A stretch of 64,000 bases of DNA, from IMG/VR virus record IMGVR_UViG_2772190774_000001, positions 1-64,000 of that record; one strand, given 5' to 3'. Positions within the stretch are counted from its first letter, which is position 1, and the number at the start of each line of letters is the position of its first letter. Shown here in pieces: positions 54,494 to 62,975 of this stretch. Under the pieces are notes generated by a model, which worked only from the letters and a program-made list of their open reading frames with translations, did no database searches and had not been told where the DNA came from. This DNA comes from a virus. Its lineage: Duplodnaviria > Caudoviricetes. Both the position numbers and the translations under genes were made by a program.

Positions 54494-54587
54494 GTGATCG
54501 CAAGGGGTTCCGGGGAAAAGTTCGGAACCTGCCCAATGGGCCAGTCTGGACTGGTGCGCCGCTACCCGGCCCGCTCCTCCCCCGCGG

Positions 54588-54761
54588 TCATCGCGTCTCC
54601 AGCCGCTTGATCCCAGCCCTCATGTTGACCCTGGCGCGCACCACCGTGTCCCCCGGCACACCAGCCCGCATCGCCTCCTGCACGAAGGCGGCGAGTTCGT
54701 CCAACGTCATGCCGGTCTTCTCGTCGGCGGCGGTCGCTTCGATGCGGTTACTGATGGGCAT
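54588..54761 (-). CDS. Hypothetical protein (57 aa)
   Basis: AGGAG RBS; GMTLDELAAFVQEAMRAG. Confidence 0.6.
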   Translation of the reverse strand: MPISNRIEATAADEKTGMTLDELAAFVQEAMRAGVPGDTVVRARVNMRAGIKRLETR

Positions 54762-54818
54762 GAGGGGCTCCTGCGTGTCGGGGTTTGGCGGTGATCCTTG
54801 CGCTTCGTATTCCTGTGT

Positions 54819-54986
54819 TCACACGGCTCTGCGGCGCCGGCATGTTTGGTGCTGGTGGGCGGTTTCGAGGAGTGCTTCGGCGTCCGCGCGGCGGATGGTG
54901 ACCCGTTCGCTGACGCCGACGCCTGTGTGGGTGCCTTCGGTGATGTCGGTTTCGACGCGGGTGATGAGGTCGGTGAGGTCGTGCAT
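54819..54986 (-). CDS. Hypothetical protein (55 aa)
   Basis: AGGAG RBS; MHDLTDLITRVE. Confidence 0.45.
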   Translation of the reverse strand: MHDLTDLITRVETDITEGTHTGVGVSERVTIRRADAEALLETAHQHQTCRRRRAV

Positions 54987-55170
54987 GCCGGGTCTCCTGG
55001 GTCGTACTCTGGCGGGGACCCGACGCTGAGGGGCGGAAGGGTGGGCGGCTCCCCCGGAGGTGCAACCAGGGGAGCCGTCGGCGTGTTGGTGATCGTTCTT
55101 ACGTCCGGCCGTAGGGGCGGATCCTCACCAGAGCGTGACGAGCGCGGTCACGGTGAGCGATGCGAGCAGG

Positions 55171-55539
55171 TCACGGGTTTGTCTCCTCGGCGGTCGGTGG
55201 GACGTCGATGTCCATGAGGTCCATCGCGATCAGCAGGTCCCGGTGGAACTCCTCGCGGCGGGTGCAGTTCGGCCCGAGGTAGTTGGCGTTCAGCTCCAGG
55301 ACGTCCTCGACAATCCCGGCGTCTCCGCCGACGGTCACCTCGACGCTCAGGCCGCGCCGGCGGATCAGCGACGAGAGCAGGTCCCGCCAGCTCACGTGGA
55401 CGGTGTGGCGGACGAACGGGTCTTCGATCGGCTGCCGCCACGCGATCGGGTGTCCGTTGACGGTGGAGGTCACCCAGTAGCGGTCGCCGGTCTCCCGGTG
55501 GTCGTAGGTCGGCATGATCGACTGGCGGGTCTCAGGCAT
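55171..55539 (-). CDS. Hypothetical protein
   Basis: GAGGAG RBS; coupled. Confidence 0.65.
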   Translation of the reverse strand: MPETRQSIMPTYDHRETGDRYWVTSTVNGHPIAWRQPIEDPFVRHTVHVSWRDLLSSLIRRRGLSVEVTVGGDAGIVEDVLELNANYLGPNCTRREEFHRDLLIAMDLMDIDVPPTAEETNP

Positions 55540-55927
55540 GGGGGTTGGTCTCCTCGTTGGTGGAAGCGGGCGGGGTCTGCGGCGGGTGGTAAGCGATCTC
55601 CACCAGGCGCGTACCGGGCATCCCGTACTTGGGGTGATCGCGGCGGTACACGGTCATCTCCTGGCAGGCGGGACAGCGGGACGCCTGGTAGCGGATAACC
55701 GGGCGACGCTCCTCGACCAGGCCGAACGCGATGAGCGGCGGGCCGGGGTGGGCGCACTGGGCGCAAGCCAGGTCCACGTGGGCGAGGATCTCGGGGGCCT
55801 GCCGCCATGGCTGCCACCTGATCGCCTGACCGTCGTTCTCGCTGGGCAGGGCGGGGATGGTGCGCTGCTGGGCGGCGAGTTCAGCGCGGAGGGCTGCGAT
55901 CTCGGCGAGCAGGTCCGCGTCAGCCAT
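55532..55927 (-). CDS. Zinc-ribbon hypothetical protein
   Basis: CAQC, CPAC. Confidence 0.65.
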   Translation of the reverse strand: MADADLLAEIAALRAELAAQQRTIPALPSENDGQAIRWQPWRQAPEILAHVDLACAQCAHPGPPLIAFGLVEERRPVIRYQASRCPACQEMTVYRRDHPKYGMPGTRLVEIAYHPPQTPPASTNEETNPHA

Positions 55928-56150
55928 TGCCGCCCCCGGTCTGCTCCCCCGTGTGCGCCTGGTACATGCCGACGCGCCGGTACGGCGTCTCGTAGGTGGC
56001 GCGGAACCTGTCCGCTGCCGCGTGGGCGTCCGCCAAGGTGACACCCGTCTGGTGCCACAGCACCTCTTCGCGGAGCCACTTGTGCGGCTTCGTCTTGGTG
56101 AAGTGGTCGGCGACGACGAGGTACTCGCCCTCGATGAAGCGGATCGTCAT
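55920..56150 (-). CDS. Hypothetical protein
   Basis: Coupled; MTIRFIEGEY. Confidence 0.55.
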   Translation of the reverse strand: MTIRFIEGEYLVVADHFTKTKPHKWLREEVLWHQTGVTLADAHAAADRFRATYETPYRRVGMYQAHTGEQTGGGNG

Positions 56151-56761
56151 GGCTGGCCCCCGGTCTGCTCCTCGGAGACGGCACCCGCCCCCACCTGGGG
56201 TTCGGGGCCTTCCAACGCTGCGCGGACTTGTGCGGCGACCGCCCACCGGTCAGGGGCGTCCGGGGTGGCGAGAGCGGTGTGGCACACCTGGTGCACACGG
56301 GCGATGGCGTCCGCTGCCTGCCGGTGCTGGGTCGCGTGGTAGTCCGCGATGCGGAGCGCACGGGCCAGCTCGTCGTCCCGTACGGCCAGCACGGCGTCGA
56401 GGTGATCCGCGAAGCCTCGACGGGGTGATGAGAGCGACGCGGCAAGGGCTCGGAACATTCGCTCGCGAAGCGCTGAGAGCGTTTCTGCGGGGTTCTCGGG
56501 GGCGGGAAGATAAACGGGAGCGACCGAGGTGGTTTCGGGGCTCTGTGTGGATTCTGGGGCCGCCGAGGGGCAAGAGACAGGCGACCCCACCCCCGCATGC
56601 GCGGCGAGAGCCCGCACGATCGCCTCAGCCGCGTCGTCAGCGACGACCTGAACCACGACCTTGCCGCCGCGATTCCAGTCGGCCCACATGTCGTCAGCGG
56701 TCATGATCAGCGAGGCTTTGACGGCTTCCGCCGGAAGCTCAGGCATCGCGGGCCTCCCCAT
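56147..56761 (-). CDS. Hypothetical protein
   Basis: Coupled; start uncertain. Confidence 0.55.
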   Translation of the reverse strand: MGRPAMPELPAEAVKASLIMTADDMWADWNRGGKVVVQVVADDAAEAIVRALAAHAGVGSPVSCPSAAPESTQSPETTSVAPVYLPAPENPAETLSALRERMFRALAASLSSPRRGFADHLDAVLAVRDDELARALRIADYHATQHRQAADAIARVHQVCHTALATPDAPDRWAVAAQVRAALEGPEPQVGAGAVSEEQTGGQP

Positions 56762-56963
56762 CGGACACCAGCCGGTAGCCCGTCGAGGTCGGGCGAAACC
56801 GGTCCAAGCGGATCCGCGACTGCCGGGGCTGCCGCGTGGTGCGTCCGGTGACGACCTGCTCGACGGTCGCGTGGGTCTCCCCTACCGCGATCACGCGGAC
56901 CTTCCGCCCGCTGGATCGTTTGTCGCAGTCCTGCCAGATTTGGCCGGGCTTCACGTCAGGCAT
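56739..56963 (-). CDS. Small SH3-like hypothetical protein
   Basis: VKPGQIWQDCDKR..GRKVRV; IRLDRFRPTSTGYRL. Confidence 0.65.
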   Translation of the reverse strand: MPDVKPGQIWQDCDKRSSGRKVRVIAVGETHATVEQVVTGRTTRQPRQSRIRLDRFRPTSTGYRLVSDGEARDA

Positions 56964-57201
56964 CGGGGTTCTCCTTCGCGCAAGGGCAGGCGCAGACGTT
57001 CTTCGCGGCGACCTCCGCCGGGAGCGGCCACGGGTGCCCGGCGTGGTCGGCGTCGTCGTGGTCCATCCACGTGTGCGGCTTCGGCGGGTCGAAGTGTTCG
57101 CCGAACATGCAGGGCCAGCAGCGGGTGAGGCAGACGACCACCGAGCCCTCGGTGAACGCCTTGGTGATGGCGTCACGGTGCTCCGCCGGGATGTCAGGCA
57201 C
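56956..57201 (-). CDS. Small Cys/His-rich protein
   Basis: CLTRCWPC; CACPC; coupled. Confidence 0.6.
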   Translation of the reverse strand: MPDIPAEHRDAITKAFTEGSVVVCLTRCWPCMFGEHFDPPKPHTWMDHDDADHAGHPWPLPAEVAAKNVCACPCAKENPDA

Positions 57202-57562
57202 CGCGCTCGCCCCGGACGATCTCGGCGGCCTTCGTCGCGCACCCGCAGTCGCAGGACTCCTCGATCTGGTCCGCCAGGTGCTCGCGCAGCTTGGTCTCCG
57301 CCTCGCCGCTGCCGGTGATCGGGAACTCCAGTTGGTCGCGCACCTCTTTCGGGAGCCTCATGCTGTGCCGCCGCAGCTCGTGCTGCAGCTCGTAGCGCGC
57401 CCCGAGTGCTTCGACACCGGGGTCGGGGTGGTCCAGGACGAACGCGTCGAGGCTCGCCCAGGCGCGGGCGGCGGCGTTCATGAGGGGCATCAGTTCTGCG
57501 AGGACCTGCCTGCGCACGTCGTCGCGGATGCCTGCAATGGTGAGTTCGGTTGCGGGGGTCAT
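57194..57562 (-). CDS. Hypothetical protein
   Basis: AAGGAG RBS. Confidence 0.6.
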   Translation of the reverse strand: MTPATELTIAGIRDDVRRQVLAELMPLMNAAARAWASLDAFVLDHPDPGVEALGARYELQHELRRHSMRLPKEVRDQLEFPITGSGEAETKLREHLADQIEESCDCGCATKAAEIVRGERGA

Positions 57563-57585
57563 GGTGGTCTCCTTCGCGGGGTTGG

Positions 57586-57942
57586 TTACGTGCGGGGCTG
57601 AGATGGTCTGTGAGCGTCCGGGGATACCGAGACACGAGACGGCACCTCTGGGGGCGTCTGCGTGGCGTACAGCCCCGCACACGGGGCGCTGGGGGCGAAC
57701 AGGTGGAGGGCGGCCTCCCACGAACCACGGGCCGCGGTCTCCACCGCCAGGCGCTCCAACACCAACGCCTCATCCGCGGCCCTCGCACGGAACGAGGGCT
57801 CGAACCCCGTCACGTACATCGGCTCCGGCCGATACGAAGACGACGGCGCGCCCGGCTCCGGGTCGGTCGCGGCCGGCGCGTCCCCCGCCGAAACGGCGGT
57901 CAGGTCACGCAACACCCGGGCGGCGAAATCGATCGGGTTCAC
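57586..57942 (-). CDS. Hypothetical protein
   Basis: GGAGG RBS + GTGA coupling. Confidence 0.55.
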   Translation of the reverse strand: MNPIDFAARVLRDLTAVSAGDAPAATDPEPGAPSSSYRPEPMYVTGFEPSFRARAADEALVLERLAVETAARGSWEAALHLFAPSAPCAGLYATQTPPEVPSRVSVSPDAHRPSQPRT

Positions 57943-58670
57943 GACGCCTCCCCAAGCTCGTCGAACAGCGACGGCTGGCACACCCCGGCCGGTGCGGGCA
58001 CCTGCTCGCCGCGCAGGTGCGCTTGGACGTGCTCGCCGACCCAGCGGGAGTACGCCGGCGGGATCGCTTCCCGCAGCCCGTCACGGTTGGCCCACGGCAT
58101 GTCCATGACCTGCCGGGCGAGGGGGACACCGGAGAAGTTGCCGACGACGTGCATGAACTCCCCATCAGCGACGGGGCGGCCCATCTTCGCCGTGGGCGCC
58201 ACATGCCGCGGATGGGCGGGCTGGGTGAGGGTCAAGCCGCCGCCGGGCTCGAACAGGCGGTGCCGGTACGTCCGCAGGCCGAAGGCGGGCATGGCGCCGC
58301 AGAGCATCACCGGGTTGCGGAGTTCCGTGTGGGCTTCCTCGACGTTCTCGATCACCCACGGCAGCCCGATCGCGTTGAGCGCGTCCCGGGTGGGGCCGAT
58401 CAGGTCCGGGTGCTCGCGGCCTTGGATCTTCTGCGCCCGTGAGTAGCGCTGGCACGGCGGCGACGCGTGGACGAACACGAACTCCTCGCGGATCCAGCCG
58501 GCGTTCTGCCGGAGGAATGCGACGGCGTCCGCCTGGATGAATCGCTCCGGGCCGCCGACGTACAACGGCTGGGGGTCGATGTCCACGCCGGTCACGTCGA
58601 ACCCGGCGAGTTCGTAGCCGCGGGAGGCGCCGCCCTGGCAGCAGTACACGTCGAGCACGCGCGGGCTCAT
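57939..58670 (-). CDS. C5-cytosine DNA methyltransferase (orphan, short)
   Basis: Motif I VLDVYCCQGG, GVDI, motif IV HASPPCQ, motif VI VIENV, C-terminal EAIPPAYS. Confidence 0.85.
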   Translation of the reverse strand: MSPRVLDVYCCQGGASRGYELAGFDVTGVDIDPQPLYVGGPERFIQADAVAFLRQNAGWIREEFVFVHASPPCQRYSRAQKIQGREHPDLIGPTRDALNAIGLPWVIENVEEAHTELRNPVMLCGAMPAFGLRTYRHRLFEPGGGLTLTQPAHPRHVAPTAKMGRPVADGEFMHVVGNFSGVPLARQVMDMPWANRDGLREAIPPAYSRWVGEHVQAHLRGEQVPAPAGVCQPSLFDELGEAS

Positions 58671-58792
58671 GCGGCCACCGCCTCGTGTGCGCCCGCGTCC
58701 GCAGCCCACCCGGAGCCGCACCGGCACACCCACTCACCAGGAGCAGCGGGCGGGAACACACCCCCGCATTCGGGGTTCGGGCAGACGATCAC
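58667..58792 (-). CDS. Mini zinc-ribbon protein (41 aa)
   Basis: CPNPECG..WVCRCG; GTGA coupling. Confidence 0.55.
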   Translation of the reverse strand: MIVCPNPECGGVFPPAAPGEWVCRCGSGWAADAGAHEAVAA

Positions 58793-58986
58793 GACGCCTC
58801 CCCTGCCTGCGGCGGCTGAAGCCGCTCGAACAGGACCCACCTGCCGTCCACCCAGCGGCGGACGCTCACCCAGTGACCGAGCTCCTGCCATTGGCGGGCG
58901 ACGTGAAGAGCGGCTTCCTGGGTGGGGTAGTCGCTGCTGCCGAGCTGGGGGACAGCGACGCGCCACGGTTTCGCGGGCGCGGTCAT
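58789..58986 (-). CDS. Hypothetical protein
   Basis: GGAGG RBS; coupled. Confidence 0.6.
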   Translation of the reverse strand: MTAPAKPWRVAVPQLGSSDYPTQEAALHVARQWQELGHWVSVRRWVDGRWVLFERLQPPQAGEAS

Positions 58987-59285
58987 GACGCCTCCCCAGC
59001 GTCGAGGGCCGCCCGCATCTGCCGGTCGCCCTTGATGGCCTCGATGAGGTCCGCGGCGTCCTGCTCCGGTTCGCAGCCCGGCGGGACGAGCTTCCGCCGG
59101 ACCAGCCGCACTGCCCTGCGGCGCTCACGGATCATCGTCTGCGCTGCGATGAACGGCGCCGCGGCTTCTAGTGCCGCGCGAGCGCGGCATTCCAGGCAGG
59201 ACCGTCCCAAGGTGTGTTCACAGGCCTCTTCGCCTTGCGCTTCGATGGCAGCCCAGACGGCTTCCTCGGGAATCGGCGCGGTCAT
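58983..59285 (-). CDS. Hypothetical protein
   Basis: GGAGG RBS; CEHTLGRSCLEC. Confidence 0.6.
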   Translation of the reverse strand: MTAPIPEEAVWAAIEAQGEEACEHTLGRSCLECRARAALEAAAPFIAAQTMIRERRRAVRLVRRKLVPPGCEPEQDAADLIEAIKGDRQMRAALDAGEAS

Positions 59286-59677
59286 GACGCCTCCCGGAGG
59301 GAGGTACGAGACACCCGGCGGCCACCAGCAGACGCGGCACCCTCCAACACCGCGTTCCAGTCGGTGTGCGGGAACCAGTTCTTGGACATGAGCCGGGCGG
59401 TGGTGGTCACCAGGCGGGGCCAGGTCCGCACCTGCGCCACCGGGACGTCGTAGGCGTCGCCGCCGTCGTCCGGCGCGCACGCCATGTGGTGGGCGATCCA
59501 CGTCGGGCCCACCGGGCGGCCCATCAACGACTCCAGCGACAGGGCCGTGGTGTCCGGGTCGGCCTTCCCCGACCACAGGTCCCGCACCTTGGCGAGCTCC
59601 ACGTACAGGAAGCCCTCGCCGTCCTCGATCGGCCGGCGGCAGGCGTCGCAGATCACCTCAAGCTTTTCCTCGGTCAT
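59282..59677 (-). CDS. Hypothetical protein
   Basis: AAGGAG RBS; ICDAC..H..C. Confidence 0.6.
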   Translation of the reverse strand: MTEEKLEVICDACRRPIEDGEGFLYVELAKVRDLWSGKADPDTTALSLESLMGRPVGPTWIAHHMACAPDDGGDAYDVPVAQVRTWPRLVTTTARLMSKNWFPHTDWNAVLEGAASAGGRRVSRTSLREAS

Positions 59678-59709
59678 GGGGACTCCTTCGGAGAGGGGGG
59701 GATGGGGGG

Positions 59710-60963
59710 TTAGGCGCTGGCTTCTTCGACGGGGAAGCCGCCGTCCCACACGGCCTGCCACGGCCACGGGGACGAGCGCTGCAAGCGGTGGGGCCAGGCG
59801 CGTTCGTCGCGGTCACCGCGGAACCGCTCCACGAACACCTGCATCGGGTTGTTCGGGTCTTTGCGGAGGGCCAGGCCGAACTCCGGCCAGCGCTGCCACA
59901 CACCGGACCCGAGAGGGCGGAGGGACCGCTGCCCGGACTGCTCCATCGGGGCGTGGGTCTCCAGCCACAGGGCGACGCCGTGCCGCTGGCGGAACCCGTC
60001 GAGGACGCGGGCGACCTGCCCGTTGATCGTCTCGGCCTTCTCCCCCGATTCGAGGAACGCCTTGTACAGGGGGCCCATCGCGACGAAGTCCGGGCGGACC
60101 TGCTCGATGACGCGGTCCACGAGGTACTGGTCGTTCGGCTTACGCAGGTCGATCCCGCCGGGCATCGTCCAGCGCCAGCAGCGGTCGTCGTCCCATCCGG
60201 CATCGTTCCGGCCGAGGCTGACCAGATGGCGGGCCTTGCGGCGGATCAGGGCGGGCGGGTTCTCCAGGTCGAGGTACAGCGTCCGGAACGGCGGAATACG
60301 AGTGCCCCACGAGAACGGGTGCAGCCCCGCGGCGCCCATCACGGTGATCTGCCGCGCCCACGTGGTCTTCCCAGCGCCTTCGGACGCGACGACGATCACG
60401 CGGTCCATGCGCTCCAACACGCCAGGGATCAGCCAGTCGTGGTCCTCGTCGGTCTCGTCCACGAACGAGCCCATCGTGGACAGGCCCGACACGTCGCCGT
60501 CGTCGCCTGTGCGGCGCAGCAGGCTCAGGGAATCCTCGGCGGCCTGCACAAGGTCCTCGGGGGTGGTGTCCGCCTCGTAGGCCATCTCGCCCAGGCGGGA
60601 GAACTCCAGCGCGGCGAGCCGCTTCGACCCGAGCATCCGGACGCGGTTGACGTAGAACCCGGCGTTGGCAGCGGTCGGCACCACGGCCGACAGGTCGTGC
60701 AGGAGCATCGCTTTCTTGCCGGCCGGGTCGAGCTTGCCGATGCGCTCCAGCTCGGCGCGCACGGACACGACGTCGATCGGTTCGCCGCGGCGGCGCAGAT
60801 CCGCGATCGCGATGAAGATTTCCTGGTGGACGGGGCGGTAGAAGTCGTCGGCGCCGAGGTGCCCGAGGGCGACAGCTACGGCGTTCGGCGAGATCAGGCA
60901 CGCGCCGAGGACGCACTGTTCGGCCTCGATGTCGTGCGGCAGGGCCCGGAAGTCGTCGGTCAT
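59710..60963 (-). CDS. DnaB-like replicative helicase (DnaB N-domain + RecA-like AAA_25-type domain)
   Basis: LPHDIEAEQCVLGACL; DDFYRPVHQEIF; Walker A ASEGAGKT; YLDLENP. Confidence 0.85.
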   Translation of the reverse strand: MTDDFRALPHDIEAEQCVLGACLISPNAVAVALGHLGADDFYRPVHQEIFIAIADLRRRGEPIDVVSVRAELERIGKLDPAGKKAMLLHDLSAVVPTAANAGFYVNRVRMLGSKRLAALEFSRLGEMAYEADTTPEDLVQAAEDSLSLLRRTGDDGDVSGLSTMGSFVDETDEDHDWLIPGVLERMDRVIVVASEGAGKTTWARQITVMGAAGLHPFSWGTRIPPFRTLYLDLENPPALIRRKARHLVSLGRNDAGWDDDRCWRWTMPGGIDLRKPNDQYLVDRVIEQVRPDFVAMGPLYKAFLESGEKAETINGQVARVLDGFRQRHGVALWLETHAPMEQSGQRSLRPLGSGVWQRWPEFGLALRKDPNNPMQVFVERFRGDRDERAWPHRLQRSSPWPWQAVWDGGFPVEEASA

Positions 60964-61994
60964 CGGTGGTTGAACTCCCTCGGTGCGACCTCCTGCACGG
61001 CGTCCCACCGCCAGTGGTCGTCATTGCTTGTGGCGGTCTCGTCGTTCCAGCGCTCCCCGTTCAGCCACGTCGTGGGGTGCGGGGTGTACTCGGTGCCGCG
61101 GGCCTGCCGCATCGGGTTGTCCCGGAACCGCTCAGCCGCGGCGACGATCGCCTGCGGGTCGGCCCGCTTGACGGCCTTGACCCAGGCGGCGCGGGCGTGG
61201 CCCTTGTCGACCTTGCGGGGGTACGCCTTCCAGAACGCGACGAAGGCGGGGTCCTGGTCGCTGCCGGGCTGGAAGGTGGGTTTCTTCTGGGCGGCTTCGA
61301 GGTGGATCAAGACTCCGTCGCCGGAGGCGTCGGCATCAGCCGGGGCGGCGGCATCGTCGCCGGGTTCTACCGAAGTACGGTCTTTAACTTCTTCACCTAC
61401 AACAGCAACAACAACGGAGGGTTGGCCCATGGGTTCGCCCGAGGGTTGCTGGAAGGGTTCCGCCAAGGGTTCGCCAGGGGTTCCGGGAACCGTTCCGGGA
61501 AGGGTTGGGCTAACCCTTACGGGAACCCTTGGCCTAAGGGTTTCGATAACCCTTCCGATCGACTCCCGCATCTCGTCGGCCTTCTTGCCAGACAGGCCAG
61601 CGACCGGCAGCCGGGCGAACTCCTCAGCGAGCGTCGCCCGGATCGCCTGAGACCTGACCATCGAGGCGTCTCGGATGATGCTCTTCAGGACGTTGGGGAT
61701 CTTCCAGGCGTCGTCCCAGCGGATGTAGGTGCGGACGAGGATCTCGTCATGCTCCTCATCCACCACCACGTAACGGCGCTCGTGCAGTACCGAGAGGTCC
61801 GCCTTGAGATCGGGCACCGTGAAGTCAACGGCGCAGCCGGTGAGCCGTCGATCGGTAGTGGTGACGACGCCGGCGAAGGTGAGTTCCGGCTGACTGATCA
61901 GCGTGAAGTACAGCCACTGCTGATGGCGTGTCAGCGAGCGGAAGTCGGCGTCGGCCCAGATCTCGTTGTAGATCTTGGCGAAGCTTCCGGCCAC
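60960..61994 (-). CDS. Phage replication initiator (lambda O/DnaD-like architecture)
   Basis: N-terminal wHTH (IWADADFRSL..LYF.LIS); low-complexity linker; C-domain FVAFWKAYPRKVDKG.A..AW; PHPTTWLNGERW. Confidence 0.8.
   Translation of the reverse strand: MAGSFAKIYNEIWADADFRSLTRHQQWLYFTLISQPELTFAGVVTTTDRRLTGCAVDFTVPDLKADLSVLHERRYVVVDEEHDEILVRTYIRWDDAWKIPNVLKSIIRDASMVRSQAIRATLAEEFARLPVAGLSGKKADEMRESIGRVIETLRPRVPVRVSPTLPGTVPGTPGEPLAEPFQQPSGEPMGQPSVVVAVVGEEVKDRTSVEPGDDAAAPADADASGDGVLIHLEAAQKKPTFQPGSDQDPAFVAFWKAYPRKVDKGHARAAWVKAVKRADPQAIVAAAERFRDNPMRQARGTEYTPHPTTWLNGERWNDETATSNDDHWRWDAVQEVAPREFNHR
61418..61554. repeat. Iteron cluster (about 10 copies of AAGGGTT-like heptamer, both orientations) inside rep gene; candidate origin
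   Basis: AGGGTT 61418, 61442; AAGGGTT 61453, 61465, 61500, 61536; AACCCTT 61512, 61524, 61548; adjacent AT-richer tract 61381-61415. Confidence 0.65.
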
Positions 61995-62143
61995 GGTGGG
62001 TGCTCCAGGTGATTCGAGGTTGAGGGGACAGCCCGATTGCTGAGGGGCGGAGTGAGGGTCAGGTCGTGCGTCGGTTCTTGGGCATGGCAAATAGACCCCC
62101 TGTCGGGTGCGATTCCCCTGACCACGCGGGGACTTGCGCCCAG

Positions 62144-62216
62144 CGTGTATATCCACGAGCATAGCCATCATGGATATACACGGCAAGGTTGCTGACCAGA
62201 CCCTTGGATATGCACG
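62144..62216. promoter_or_regulatory. Divergent promoter region with operator repeats
   Basis: CGTGTATATCCA 62144-55 / TGGATATACACG 62171-82 inverted repeat plus variant TGGATATGCACG 62205-16. Confidence 0.65.
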
Positions 62217-62223
62217 GGCTACG

Positions 62224-62424
62224 ATGTGCCACGTGAAGGACACCCACACGCCGCACCGCCCCATCCGGGTCGAGGACGACCTGTGGGAGGAGTTCGGCCG
62301 TCTTGTCGGCCCCCGGAACCGCTCGGCGGTGATCCGGGAGTTCATCCGCTGGTTCGTGCGTGAGCGTGGGGCGAAGCTCCCCGAGCGTCCGCCGCGGCAG
62401 GAGCTCGCCGCCGGCGAGTCCTGA
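62224..62424 (+). CDS. Ribbon-helix-helix (Arc/ParG-like) regulator
   Basis: TPHRPIRVEDDLWEEFG..VG..NRSAVIREFIRWFV. Confidence 0.8.
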   Translation: MCHVKDTHTPHRPIRVEDDLWEEFGRLVGPRNRSAVIREFIRWFVRERGAKLPERPPRQELAAGES

Positions 62425-62483
62425 TGTGTCACCCCCGGGGCCGGTCACCAAGTGACCGGCCCCCTTCGCATGCCCGCGCCCGA

Positions 62484-62954
62484 TCACGACCGGGGCCACC
62501 TCTCGACGTGGATCCCGGCCTTCTCCGCCCGGTCGATGGCGTCGCTCGCCCCGTGTGAGCCGTGCGGTTTCGGCTTGCGGCAAGTCCGCTGCGTGCACGG
62601 CAGGACGAACGCCAAGCAGACGTCGGCGCCGAGGTCGACCATGAGCTGGTTGCGGAGATGGCCGGCCGTCGGGCAGTACGTCGACCCGTCGCGCCGCTTC
62701 AGGCGGTGGGTGGGGGTGCACTTGGGTCCGGCGCAGGTGTCCCAGTCCGCGGGGTGGCGCTCCCGGGTGATGCCCAGGTGGGTGAAGCGGCGGCACCACC
62801 AGTCGGCGATGGCGTCCGCTCCTGTGGGGCAGGCGCCGTGGACGACGACCATGGGGCCGTTCGCCTGGTAGCGGGCCTGGACAAGGGCGTCCCGGACGAC
62901 GTCGAGGTCCTTCCATGACCGGGACCCGGTGATGAGCACGCGGTAGGGGCTCAC
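62484..62954 (-). CDS. SLOG-family (DUF2493/YspA-like) protein
   Basis: RVLITGSRSW; VVHGACPTGAD; HPADW; AGHLRNQLMV; CLAF; HGA. Confidence 0.85.
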   Translation of the reverse strand: MSPYRVLITGSRSWKDLDVVRDALVQARYQANGPMVVVHGACPTGADAIADWWCRRFTHLGITRERHPADWDTCAGPKCTPTHRLKRRDGSTYCPTAGHLRNQLMVDLGADVCLAFVLPCTQRTCRKPKPHGSHGASDAIDRAEKAGIHVERWPRS

Positions 62955-62975
62955 AGAGGCCTCCTTTCAAGTTCA

